Positions 52,474-64,000 of a stretch of DNA of 64,000 nucleotides are shown piece by piece. The DNA lies in contig CM120642.1 in NCBI GenBank assembly GCA_051362555.1, forward strand, positions 1,240,001-1,304,000, given 5' to 3'. Each line of letters starts with the position of its first letter. The stretch's first letter is position 1. The notes beneath the pieces are model-generated. The model saw nothing but the letters and a program-made list of their open reading frames with translations, had not been told where the DNA came from and ran no database searches. The DNA comes from Lingula anatina. Lineage: Eukaryota; Animalia; Brachiopoda. Made by a program: the position numbers and the translations under genes.

Positions 52474-55400
52474 CACCATGTTTTGAGCTAACAACAGAGA
52501 CAGTGTTTGGGATCTCCACATCATTATAAACCATCATGTACCATAGCCCTGGCTCCAAGTACTCGATGAAGGCAGTGTCTGTCACTTGGTCTTCTGAAGA
52601 ATCCTGGAATCACAAAAATACCCATTATTATTGACAGTTTGAAATGTAATACTTGCTATTAAATTTGATCCCTTTAAAATATCCCCTTTATAAAACAGGT
52701 TTCAGGGACAAAGATATTTGCTTATATTCTGTTTTTTACATTTTTTTTTTTACCTTGTTAAATTTTGAATTTCATTGAGACATAACAAGACAGACTCTAT
52801 GCAGACATTTAATTCCTTAGTTTTTTCCCTTTAATTCTGCTTGGACAATAACAAGGGGTTCTCTAACTTGGATTTTTTTACCATACAACACACATATGCA
52901 TGCTTCTTGCCAATATGTTTATTTTACACTCTACGACTAAAGCCTTTTTTAAAGAAAACAGACTTAATATTTTGCAGACTCTTAAACTGTAACTACAGTT
53001 CCCCATAAGCATGATCTAATCACACTGAGGAAGAAAACAAGCTGGTTATATCTCTTTCGTGTTTGAAATGAGTATAGAACTTGACATTTTGTATTTAGTA
53101 TGCAGATGTATTGTACAAGCAGTTCCACTTTGGGAAACAGATACAAGCGGTTCCAATGCCCTGTATGGTCTCTGTGCTGGTTTTTAATGTTGGGTTTTAA
53201 TTTGCCAAGTCATTGACACTGGATGCTTTGTCAACAAGATGAATAATTCATATGCTGTTGTTCTTGATGTTTGGCTGGTCATCAATAACAAACGGATCAC
53301 TACTTGTCCACCTGCTCCCACTACCAAATATCCAAAAGTCAATGACCAGGAAACAGCATTCCATCTTTGAATACAAGCTCCATTTTTTGTAAAATAATAA
53401 ATTATTACATAGGAGAATGACTTTTACTTTTGGACAGAAGAAAAAAGTGATCAGTGCACCAAGATTAAAAACTCTAAGAAACCACTAGCTTTTTTTCTGA
53501 CTTAATAATGACAGCAATGATAACATGCCTGTAGTCATGTCTCACATAACTGCCCTGAAATCATTTCTGAAATCAATGTGCCGATCCTTTCCCTGTGGAT
53601 ATCACCCTTTATGTTATGCAATAATGATGTCTAAAGCATCCAAGCATCACTTCGTCAAAGCAAACAGAATACTAATCTGGGACTAATGGCTGCCACAGGG
53701 GGAATTGCACTCTGCGTTATGTGCTGAAAATGTTTTAGCAAAGGCCACAGTTTATTACCACATCGAGAATTGACAAGGTTAACATTTCCATAGGACATTG
53801 TCATGAATATACTATCACTTGAAAATGGAATGATGGTGTTTTTGGCTAAAAAATGTGTGCAAAATGCACAAAAGCATATCTTCAAATGTACCAGCTGCCA
53901 AAATAAACATCTCCTTATTGGTTTATATCACACTCATGATGGAAAGTAACAAGTTTAGCTTTGTCCATTGCTCAACTGAAAGCATTCTAAATGAAAATAA
54001 CATAACCAGCAACACATTACAAAATCGGTCCTTTACTTTTGGGATTTTTCTACTTCTTTGTAGGTCAAACCCAGTTAGGCCAACAGAAAATGCCACATTT
54101 ATTCCAAACATCCTAAATAAGAGCTGCAAAGTTGTCTGACATTGCAGGTATAATGTGATTTGCCTTTTTTTACATCTGCAAAACCAAAATTATTCTATCT
54201 TTGCATTCACTGTTTCAACTTAAAAATTTTATTTGATTTGGCCTGATAAATCAACTAGATCAATACAAAATTTCTTCTTGAACACTTGAAATTGAGACCA
54301 ATTACAGACACTTCTATTGGCCATTCTGATAAAATTTGATTTTTTCCACACAACACAGTAAAACCAATCTCCAGAACTCTGGATTGATTTGATTGGCTTC
54401 CATTCTCAGAGAGCTCACCCCATCACCCCATATGATTGGTCAATTCTCAAGAGAGTCTTTGGCGAGGCTAATCTGTATGTGCTAGAAGATTGTGTAATTC
54501 TCTGGAGAATACAACAACAATGACAAAGTTCCAAATAGTCTTAGCAGGGCAGGAAAAAAAACACCACATCTATGAACAGCTTTATTGAGTCATGGTATCA
54601 ATGTCCAAAACATCTTTTTCTTTAAAAAAATTAATGAAAATAAAAATTATAAAAATAATAAATAATAAAAAAGACAATTTTCAGACTATTATCAGGAACA
54701 TTGTTCATCCGTGGTTGTAAACATCACGACACTTTCAACAATGAACATGCAATACAGCCATAGAACCTTCAAGAGAAGACATTCAATTCTCCCTAACAGA
54801 TATGTGAACCGCACGAGAAAATACAGTTTTTGTTATCGCATGCAAATTTAATTACGGTTTTTCATTTGTTGCTGATTAAATGCCTTGCAAAAAAGTCAGA
54901 ATAACAGGAAAAGGTCTCAATATGAATGTGGGTTAACACTGAAGATAGGTCGGCCCTTTTTGGTACCAACCATCTGCGCAATGCTTTTGATTAAGCTTAC
55001 CTTACTGCATAATAGCCAAATTTACAGTCTCAAATGAACAACAACTTTATCAATTTTAGCTAAAAAAGACAGTGTGTTACCAAGGTACAGCACTGGTAGC
55101 AGCCTTATTAACCATGAGGCAGTGGAAAGGTCCAACTACCATTTGTATTTGGGACAGGTACAGACTTACTCAAAGATACCCGGCTATACCATGCCCAGAG
55201 CTTGACAACTAAAATATTTATTATTCTACTGATGAATTCTCCCTAATGGTCTATTCATGATAAGATTTATCATGTATTGACTGATATGTTGTAAAATCCT
55301 TAGAGTTATTAACGCGGAATATGGTAAATGTGGTGTTATTAACTGATATATAGGAAGATCACTTTGTGGCCTCTAGAAAAAGACTTATCATCATCATCAT

Positions 55401-58400
55401 CATCTCTTATTTTCCTGGGGAAACTGGCTGATGTAGGAGTCCCCCAGGTGTCAGACCTTGAGGTGAATACTGATGAGAGCCTAGAGATCATTACATTACA
55501 TCTCTGAGACATTGAACATGTTGTACTAAGTGTTAACAACATTTTGATTAATGTTTATCGATGGAAAAAAGCTGGACACAAGGTTAAGAGGTATAACACA
55601 ATCAACAGACTTCAGTAAGAAGTTCTTTAGAAATGACAACAGAATTTTATATTTGGTGAGTCAAAACATCAAAAATTTTTTATAGACAATTTCATAACTT
55701 ATTACCCATCTGTCTGTATTTATGTTACGGACATAAAAACTTCAACTTTCTGGATGTAATTTGATTTAATAATTATCATTATCATAATGAAGACAACTCA
55801 CCTTGGCGGAGCTCTCATCTCTCCTCCTCCTCCTCTGCTGTGATATCTTCCTTCCATCCAACATGTGGAAGAAGTCATACTGTACATAGGTGGGCTTTGA
55901 ATTGAGCCGTCCATACACCCCAATAACAGCATCATCTGGCAACGTGAAGTTAAACTTGACAAATTTTGGATCAATGATGTCCAGCTGCTGGATCCAGGAA
56001 TCTTTAGGAAGCACTCTTTCCTCACTGGGAGAGTCGAGAGTTACCCTGGGGATTGGCTTTGGTGTTGTGGTGGTGGGAATTGTAGAAGTTGGTAGTGTTG
56101 TGACTGAAACAAGACAGATCATAGCTACATCAATATATAAGATATACACATTTAAACAAACATCAGTGATTCTCAATTATTTTTACTGAAATGATACATA
56201 TATAAATAAAACATGACGCAACAGAAGTCCAAAAGCAGCCAGAAAAGCGCCATTGGCAAACATTCGTTATAATGATGGTAAATAGAATACTTTCAGTGGT
56301 AGGTTAGATTTCACCATTATAAAATGACATTTGAAGGACGTCTATACTAGGGTTTTATGTGTTAACAAACTATTACTTCCTAGGCTTTCTCTGTACAACA
56401 AGGCAGAAGGGATTGCCCTTACTTTCCCTAGCCATTAACTCTGAAAATGGCACAATTACATCTGCCATCTTGGCTAAAATTGACAGGCAGCAAAGATTAA
56501 TAGCAAACAATAACTGCTGTTAGAACTGTTATTACACGCTGTAAAAGGAAGATGGCATATCCCTGTCTCTTGTTAAATTTCCCCATCAAGCCTTTCAAAC
56601 AGTTCTGCCATAAATAGACCAGATCTCCACAAGACATGACTTTGACTTTGTGGCATGAAAAAAATCACTTCAAAATAGAAGAAAATTTGAAGAAATAATT
56701 TCCCTTAAATAACCCTTTCTTTAGGTCCAACAACCATAGGCAATTGACCAATCATTTTCTTTAAGACCATAATAAGTCATGGCCAGTGTCTCCTTTTCAG
56801 AAACATTGTTTCTCTCATCTGCCATGTTTGTAATGTGTCTGATCTTGTCAAAAAAATTATATACATTTTTTTGGCATTTTTTTCAGAAGGCAATTTCAAC
56901 TAGGATTACCCTACATTGTATTGGTTCTTTTTGGAAAGTATGTTTTATTTATTCAAATTCTAGATCGAAAAAAAACTTTTTTTCAAAAACCTGAATTTGA
57001 GTAATTGCAATTATTTATCCAAACATTTTCACACAATTTAACAGTTTTATTATCTCCAGTTTCACAAAACTTTCATTTTTTCCCAAACAATAATACCACA
57101 CAAACCACAAAAATAAAGAGCAGAAGTTCAACAATTCATCTATCGAGTTGCCAACATGACAGAAATCAAAATCCATAGATCTGTTGTCTTGTGTGTTATT
57201 AACAATGAAATAACACCTGTTTACAATGGGAGTCTGTGCTAGGTAATATGTAGAAAATGCCTGTATGCATACAGTTGGAAACTCTGCATCATGTCTACAT
57301 TGTATCAAATACTGAACATGTTCACATTACAGCCTCCACATCCTGTTGCTCTCTTCTGTACAACAGGGTTGCCTTGAAACATCACAGACCTTATCTTTGT
57401 ATCTAACTGTGATCAATAAAGACAACTGTATGTATATTTACAAAGTACTTCAGACATCTTATGAACAGTTAAATGTATCATTACTAATGACAATATCCTT
57501 CTTTCACTTTTGCCATACATCAAGTTTATGTCATAAAGCAAAGAAATTGTTGCTTCATTGATTCTTACAAGGATTCCCATGTTCTTTGTTAAAAAGAATA
57601 ACAGCGTAAAGATGAACTGTTTCTGAAACCTGTTAAGTTGAGTCTAATTAGTATTATGTCACATTTGAAAAAAAATGACAGTTTGGAGATAAACAACTTT
57701 TCTGAAAAAGACTTCCTACTAAAATGTACTGTTATGGCAGCAACAGCATGGACAAACACACATAGATAGAAGTTGTTGTTTTAATTGCTGTTTACATGAA
57801 AATATATAAATCTTATAACTGCATTAATATATGAGTCATATATAGAAAGAAAATCATATAAAAACCATATAAAAGAGATATATGAAAGATTTCTCCAAAC
57901 TTAATCTATTCTAATCTAATTATTTGTTACTATGTTAACAACAAATACTTCTGTTTATGATGTAATTATTGTGTTTCATGCAAGCTTAAAGATAAAAAAC
58001 TGTTAATTACCACAGCAAGAGTGATGGAAACTTTTTTACTTAGTCAAATCATAATTGTGTACAAAACAAGGCATTTAGTGATGTGCATTCTAGGCTTGTG
58101 CAACTGTGTCAAGTGATATCCAGAAACCTTCAGTATGATGAAAATTATGCAAGAAAATTGGTTGTATGCTCGTTTCTATTCCTACGTGAAATTCTCACAA
58201 AAAAAGTAATTAATAAGTAAAACCATGTGCAACACATCAATTTAAAATAGCCATTCAGTTGGATTTCTATAAATAAAAACTGCACAAAAATTAGTAATAT
58301 CGAAATAAAAGTAAAATATATAAATAAAGCTAAAACATAAATAAAAAAGCTGATAAATATTTGTTAATGCACCCACTAAACTTACCCTCCTCTGTACTTA

Positions 58401-60366
58401 TTATATCGTACTCTGTTGTTGTCTGCTTTTGGTGGGTGAAAGTTACTAGAACGCTGGGGGCTAAGTGAGACAACCATAGACACATATATCTTAATGACCA
58501 GTAAGCCCTTGTTGTTACAGAAAGGGTAGTCAATAGGGGAATGCATACTCACATGCTGTTAAAAACTTACATGCCTATATGTTATGAGGAAATTAATTTT
58601 CCACCATGCATTTAATAACAAATTAAATGAGACCCAACCACATGAAAAAGAATGGTTACAAAAAAGAATGGTTAAACACCATTCAGTATAAATTAATTCG
58701 GGGTTGTATTTGAATAAGGGATCTCACATCATGATGGACAATGGCAATATAAGAACACATTCACATTCTTAATTAATACTGATCAAATGTAAAGGTCATT
58801 TGCAAGGTCATGGTCATTTTGCAAGGTCATGGTCATTGGGCAAGGTCAATGCTACCAGTGCATCCAGTGTGAAGTCAACTCACCTGATGTGTCTAGAGCT
58901 GTTCCATTGGGCAGAGCATCCAGTCGGGAACTGCCCCGATCCCCCAACTGCCAGTCAAGATTGAGCACAGTGATTGCTGAAAGAAAGATAGAACAAGATA
59001 AACATTATTTTGAGGATCAATTTTTAATATTTTTTTTCTTTTTTGTATTATTATTTAGTTAAGCAATGTGCACCAATAAACAGTTCAGTTATAACAAACC
59101 ACTATATATGTGCATAAAAGTAATATTTCTATTTTTTATTGCCAATGCTTCATACTGCTACATGCATTTGTGATTTAACAAGGCCAGTGACTAATTCTCG
59201 TTAAGATCCCTTTCTGCAGGTTAAAATTGTGTAAAGTAACTGGATTTTATCTGTCAAATTTTCACAACAATTTATCACTCCATACTTCACTCTTCGCTTT
59301 TATTCCATTCATAAAAGATTTCAAAAACATGGCACATGCTTTCATTTTTTATTCACAAGAATTTATAGAGCATTTTAACGACCAAACATAAGGAGCTTTT
59401 TTTTTTACAAATTTAGTGCAGTATTAAATACTCATTTCACAAATGTATTCATGTTCTATGGCAAATATTTACACACAGACACACCCTCAAATGGGTAATC
59501 CAGCTGCCACCCCAGGTAAGATTCTAACTGCACAGGTATACATTTTCAACAAGCAATCAATTAAACACAGGGCCCTTCATGTGGATATCTAATGACTAGT
59601 GCCTCAGGTGTAATCACTAATGAACTCTGCTCAGATGATTTTTTTGTCGCAAAATACCAAAGGTATCTTGAAATCTGTTAATCCTCTAGGTATGTACAGG
59701 TGAAAATGTCACCAGGCTGAGGGTGAATGGGGCCAAGTTATGACAAATGTCTGAACTTATTAACTCACATACTTATGGAACTTGAAAAACTAAGTATGTA
59801 AAGTGCTGATGATCACTATTGTAACACACACAATAGATATGACTGTTTTTACAGGTCATTTAAACAAGACAGGTGTTTGTGTTCCACAGTTTCCTCCAAT
59901 TCATGAAAATCTGAAATAATTACGGGTTTTTATAAACCTGAAACACAGGGGGATGTTGCTAGCCCAAGGCAAATGGACCTTCTACACTGGAGTAAGCGTA
60001 ATCATTTTGTAAATTTTCTCAATAAATAAGTTTCTTTATCAAAGACCTGTGGGTGCACAAAAAGCAGATTAATATTCATAGTGATAATTTATCCGATTGA
60101 AGTCTATTAAAGCAACAAAAGTTTTGTGGAAGACATCATCTTGATTCTACTCACCAACTAGATAGGCCACACAGGCCGCCAGCACCAAGGAGAGCAAAAT
60201 AAATAAAATGGCAACACATTTCCAGGTGCACTTCTGTTTGAGGTGCTTCTTCATCCTGTGGCCTGCATTGCTTATCTTGTTTGTAGGACGGAAGAAGGTA
60301 GGGACAGGTGTATACGGGATGGGGACGCCAGGTGTGTTACTGCTACTGGAGTATACAGAGTTGTAC
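37869..60366 (-). CDS. TENM: Teneurin (Ten-m/Odz family), 23 exons, 5'-incomplete, ~2460 aa
   Basis: TM exon [13 protein letters not shown]; linker with RRRRR; 8 EGF repeats with Tyr replacing a Cys in repeats 2 and 5; [12 protein letters not shown]; NHL propeller; YD/RHS repeats; C-terminal [17 protein letters not shown]. All exon phases are mutually compatible (7390 nt). Confidence 0.97.
38932..40543 (-). CDS. TENM: Teneurin exon: YD shell / RHS core
   Basis: 1612 nt; [43 protein letters not shown]. Confidence 0.95.
40732..40955. mobile_element. Degenerate non-autonomous Helentron/HINE-like element in a teneurin intron
   Basis: Starts ACTAGGAAAGCACTCAGAGAGCACAGATCTCTGCTAG and ends CTTGGTGGAGGTAA. 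Resembles, from memory, the ACTAG..GCACTC.GAGAGCGC..CTCCGCCAAG / CTTGGCGGAGGTAA hairpin-plus-subTIR layout of such elements. Confidence 0.6.
40970..41272 (-). CDS. TENM: Teneurin exon: YD repeats
   Basis: [26 protein letters not shown]. Confidence 0.92.
42373..42620 (-). CDS. TENM: Teneurin exon
   Basis: ..[16 protein letters not shown]. Confidence 0.92.
43565..44639 (-). CDS. TENM: Teneurin exon: NHL end and YD start
   Basis: [15 protein letters not shown]..; 1075 nt; ends at GC donor G|GCAAGT. Confidence 0.92.
44970..45127 (-). CDS. TENM: Teneurin exon: NHL
   Basis: [28 protein letters not shown]; AAG acceptor. Confidence 0.9.
45404..45639 (-). CDS. TENM: Teneurin exon: NHL
   Basis: [32 protein letters not shown]. 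Confidence 0.92.
45924..46176 (-). CDS. TENM: Teneurin exon: NHL start
   Basis: [33 protein letters not shown]. Confidence 0.92.
46464..46604 (-). CDS. TENM: Teneurin exon
   Basis: [17 protein letters not shown]. Confidence 0.92.
46819..47086 (-). CDS. TENM: Teneurin exon
   Basis: [34 protein letters not shown]. Confidence 0.92.
47404..47674 (-). CDS. TENM: Teneurin exon
   Basis: [23 protein letters not shown]. Confidence 0.92.
47943..48062 (-). CDS. TENM: Teneurin exon
   Basis: [32 protein letters not shown]. Confidence 0.92.
48278..48368. repeat. 31-bp intronic direct repeat, two copies
   Basis: GATACATGTTGATATATAAATTGAGATCCAT at 48278 and 48338. Confidence 0.85.
48484..48691 (-). CDS. 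TENM: Teneurin exon: Cys-rich region
   Basis: [21 protein letters not shown]. Confidence 0.92.
49129..49275 (-). CDS. TENM: Teneurin exon: EGF8
   Basis: [36 protein letters not shown]. Confidence 0.92.
49581..49763 (-). CDS. TENM: Teneurin exon: EGF6-7
   Basis: [10 protein letters not shown]..; [27 protein letters not shown]. Confidence 0.92.
50102..50317 (-). CDS. TENM: Teneurin exon: EGF4-5
   Basis: [13 protein letters not shown]..; CTQHGVYD. Confidence 0.92.
50847..51041 (-). CDS. TENM: Teneurin exon: EGF2-3
   Basis: [11 protein letters not shown]..; [12 protein letters not shown]. Confidence 0.92.
51549..51653 (-). CDS. TENM: Teneurin exon: EGF1
   Basis: [27 protein letters not shown]. 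Confidence 0.92.
52427..52471. repeat. (AG)n microsatellite abutting a teneurin splice donor
   Basis: Begins directly after GTGAGT on the minus strand. Confidence 0.9.
52477..52603 (-). CDS. TENM: Teneurin exon
   Basis: [19 protein letters not shown]. Confidence 0.92.
55802..56103 (-). CDS. TENM: Teneurin exon: linker domain with furin site
   Basis: [34 protein letters not shown]. Confidence 0.92.
58386..58460 (-). CDS. TENM: Teneurin candidate (cassette) stalk exon
   Basis: TCTCACTTAG| ... GAGG|GTAAGT; 75 nt, phase 1-1, open: [25 protein letters not shown]. Confidence 0.6.
58884..58976 (-). CDS. TENM: Teneurin exon: juxtamembrane
   Basis: [13 protein letters not shown]..; 93 nt, phase 1-1. 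Confidence 0.85.
60155..60366 (-). CDS. TENM: Teneurin exon: end of intracellular domain plus TM helix
   Basis: [43 protein letters not shown]; CAG| and |GTGAGT. Confidence 0.9.
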
Positions 60367-63300
60367 CTGAAATATGATAAAAATATATGAAATCATTAAG
60401 TTTATAAAAGTTTATAAAGGTTTTCAGATATGAAGTGGTGACAATAAAAACGAAATTATAATATTTAATCTGTGCCTGGACTTATCATCACAATGACAGT
60501 TATAGTAATAGTCACAATCACCTGACAAATGTTTTAAAATTCATAACTCCATGAACAGACTTTAAAATTTTTTGTTTAAATAAAGCTATATACAATGTAA
60601 TACATAATTTTTCTTTTTTAAGTGGCATAAAACAATAATGAAGACTATAACTGTCAGATATTAGCTTCACAGGTGTTGCTAAAATTTGTTGAAGAAATAA
60701 ATAAATTCTGTACCAAATGGTTACTAAATAGAATACATCATTACTATATAACACCTGGAATATAACATAACACTGTTTAATAGCTAAATATCACATAAGC
60801 AAGGATTCTAGAGGCAGGATGCTTATACTGTGTGATAATTGAACAATCACTTCTTCAAGGGAAATAGGTCATTATTACATCTGGCCAAGTTAGCATGTTC
60901 CACTGAGTATGACACAGTTTTTCTTTGTTTCACAATGAACACCCTACGAAAAACATATTCTGCCAAACTGCCACACACATCCATATATATGACAATCAAA
61001 TTCATCAGAGCTTACTTCCTCAAACTTTCTCAATACCTTACTTACACTAATTCTGTAACCAAGAAATCTAACTTCACAAAGCACTTAACCCATCATGATA
61101 AAAAATTTGACAGAAATCCAAGGTGACAGTTCGTGCCTAACCCTGAAGATGTGAACACAAACACAAGACAGGAGCTGTCATATCCCTGCTATGAATAATA
61201 CACCCTTCTCTAGAGGCATACTTCTTCAGGTGAGGAGGATTCCAAGACTGCCAGTTGATATTATTTTGTACATACAAAAAATTTGTAGCTATGTCTGAAC
61301 TTGGAAAGTCTATAGACAGATGATTAATATGAGTGTATATTTATGTTTTCATTTAACAGTTCTGAAACTAGAGAATAACTTTCTATTTTATCTATCTAAA
61401 GGCAACTTTACAAATTTGACAGAAAATTGAAAACAGTAAACCAAAACATATTCATTTCAAAGGGAAATACTTTTTGATGAATCTTATGTGAAAAGTTATC
61501 ATTAAATTAATCTTATTTGAGAGAGAAAACCTATCAAAAATGAACTCATTTGTCACTGTTGGTGGCAAGAGATAATTTACAGCAAATCCTTAACCTGGCA
61601 AATTGTCTGTCATATATTTTAATACAACATCAGATAAAGCAAAATTCAGAGCCAAAGTAGTCTGCATATCAAGCTGATTCACTGCTTCATAGTAAGTAAT
61701 TACATTGGCATAATGCGTGTTACATTACCTGTTATCACGAGAGGTGACAGAAGCCATCCTAATCCAATAATTTGATGTACAAGATAAAATGCTTCCTGTG
61801 TGCAACAGTTTTTATACAGTGTCTGAAAATTGCTGCCACAAAGGTCAGGTATGGGTTTTCATTTCATAGGTGTTACGGTAAAATAAACCATATTTTCAAT
61901 AAGTCTACCTACACAATTTCACCTGACATTTGCCCCTCTTTCACTAATGATAGCATCAGTGGTTATGTATTTAATGACTATTAAAATCAACAAGATTCTT
62001 TTACTCAAAGTTTTTTCCTTTTTCACCACATTTCAAGTGGCAGATTTTGTTGTTTTTGTTTCATCTGAATGTACCTTAAATGCTTAATGTCAACACAGGT
62101 GTAAGCTGGGGAATGACTATTTATAAAAACACAAATCTATTTGGCTTCAACTCGCCCAGACTTCTCCTTCATGCTGTGTCCAGCCAATGGAAATAATGGT
62201 GTGTTCAGAAAAGAAATGTTATCCTTCTTCGGTGGAAACACATACCTTTTATCATCACACAATACACCACATCATTTACTACATGAAACAACCCATTTTC
62301 TCCACTATTAGCATCCCCCCTTTTTCTCTGCCTGTCCAACCTCAAAAAATATTTTTTCATTTGTATTCAATCCTTTTTTTCTGTTAAACCACATAAAACA
62401 TCCATTCTGTTTGTATTCTTTCTCTCCTCTTTACAACCCCATAAAAATCTCCACACTGCTTCTGTGTACCTGAAATCTATCAAGCAGCCAATGAGGGTGA
62501 AAAAACAGTGCCTGATTCTATTACACGCCTACTTGAACTATAAAAACGGGGTCGGTTCAAGGGGCGTAAAGAATCCCTCAGACCCCACACCTTAATTGAT
62601 GGAATAACAACAGACTTGCCAATAGTAGTTAAAAAATAAGCAAAGCATATTGTCCTCAGCCCTTGCTAATTATATTTCCTCACATGCAAGTATTCTGTAT
62701 GCTTTATTCAGGTTAATATTTTTAGTCAATTGTTGCTCTTTCAGTATTTCCAATACCTCCTTTGTGGGGTCAATATGTTTGTCTGCTGTACTCCCTCTGG
62801 GTTACATGTTCTGGTTCTAAATAAGAAAACAGAATCACTAATACAAGGGGTTCAGGTTGGTTCTTGGTTCATACATCTACCAGGCCAGATTGCATATGGC
62901 TACCTAAATTGTATTTCTATACTTTATGTTTTAAATGTGATTATTACACATTCTGGACACTTACAAAACTCTTTCCAAACTAAATTTGTTTGCACGTGTT
63001 CCTAGTCCCTATCATATTCATTCTTGAAATCACTATACAATAATATTCAAGCATTTGGACGAACTATTGGAAGCTACCTGTAACAGTTGTTGATCTAAAA
63101 TGTTGTTTTAATGTCCTAAATCAAACCTTTTTATCCCATGCTTTAAAAGACAATATCATCCGATGATCCTATGCCCCATTCTTAGTTAAAGCTATATACC
63201 ACCTTTAATAAAACAAGAAACACTCACATGTTACTGCCCAGCTGTGTGTGCCTTGTATGTGTTCAGCTACAATATGCCAAATTAAAACTATATCAGTATG

Positions 63301-64000
63301 TCAATCAATTAACACCAGAGATTAATTACCTGCTGTCATCTCCCTCAGTGCCAGGTAATATTTCCTCAGGTGTACATACCAGCGGAGGTTATGAAATGGA
63401 CTTTAATTACCTCTTTTGTCTGTTTAATTGATTTAAGTAGCATAAAAGCTGGTACATTGTAGTGGTAGTACCCTGGAGGTTACAGTGGCTTGCGCTTAAT
63501 GGTGGCAGTGGGCAGGATTTTTTAAGCTGTAATACCTGAATGATCTGTCGAGATTCATGGATAAAACTGATAACTGAGGTAGAATTCCATAAAAAAAAAT
63601 CACATTTTTGAAGCTATGCAATCTTGTTATGTTTGTAGATAAAATTTTGAAGTAGATTTTGTCATGATCTAGAAAATGCAAATTCCATTGTCATTTATGA
63701 GCCAAAGGGGTTGTCTTTTCTTTGATTGCCCTGTTCATATACATCCAACAGTTCACAAAATATTAAAGAACAAACAAAAACAGCAGTTTTAAAATATTCA
63801 TAACACTGGACTTAATCATTTTTCAAAGTGTCACCACCCGAAGAAAGTCCTGAACAACATCAGCTGACAAAAAAGTGATTTATGCATTTTTCTTCAATAA
63901 CACAAACAATGTCCATAACTGACCACAGCTGAACTTTTTATCAATGCTAAAATCAAAGTTTTGAAAAAGTTAAACCCTATTCTTCTTTGAGAAATCTCTG

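Noticed and set aside
55468-55500. CTGATGA hammerhead core in a teneurin intron
   Set aside because: No downstream GAAA or supporting stems.
62485-62550. CCAAT plus TATAAAAA antisense promoter
   Set aside because: Short motifs expected by chance in AT-rich intron; no associated exon found.

Overview
Eukaryotic, intron-rich, AT-rich animal DNA, probably a lophotrochozoan invertebrate (inferred from protein and repeat style, not verified). It has three blocks. (1) 3811-21680: about 12.7 near-identical head-to-tail copies of a ~1.4-kb CpG-rich unit. Each unit carries two different non-canonical tRNA-like, Pol III-type cassettes on the minus strand, and the array ends in a diverged 14th copy of a 161-bp module. 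The many repeated short ORFs here look spurious. (2) 22347-30129: two divergently transcribed genes with four coding exons each, encoding secreted C-type-lectin-like proteins. In both, the lectin domain is split by a long Pro/Thr/aromatic insert ending in a furin-type site. (3) 37869-60366 (minus strand): 23 in-frame exons (~2460 aa) of a teneurin gene, from the juxtamembrane region to the stop codon. It includes a GC-AG intron and a 75-nt symmetric stalk exon; the 5' end is unresolved. A minisatellite, microsatellites, an L2-type tail and a Helentron-like relic are also present. All calls were read by eye; no searches were run.
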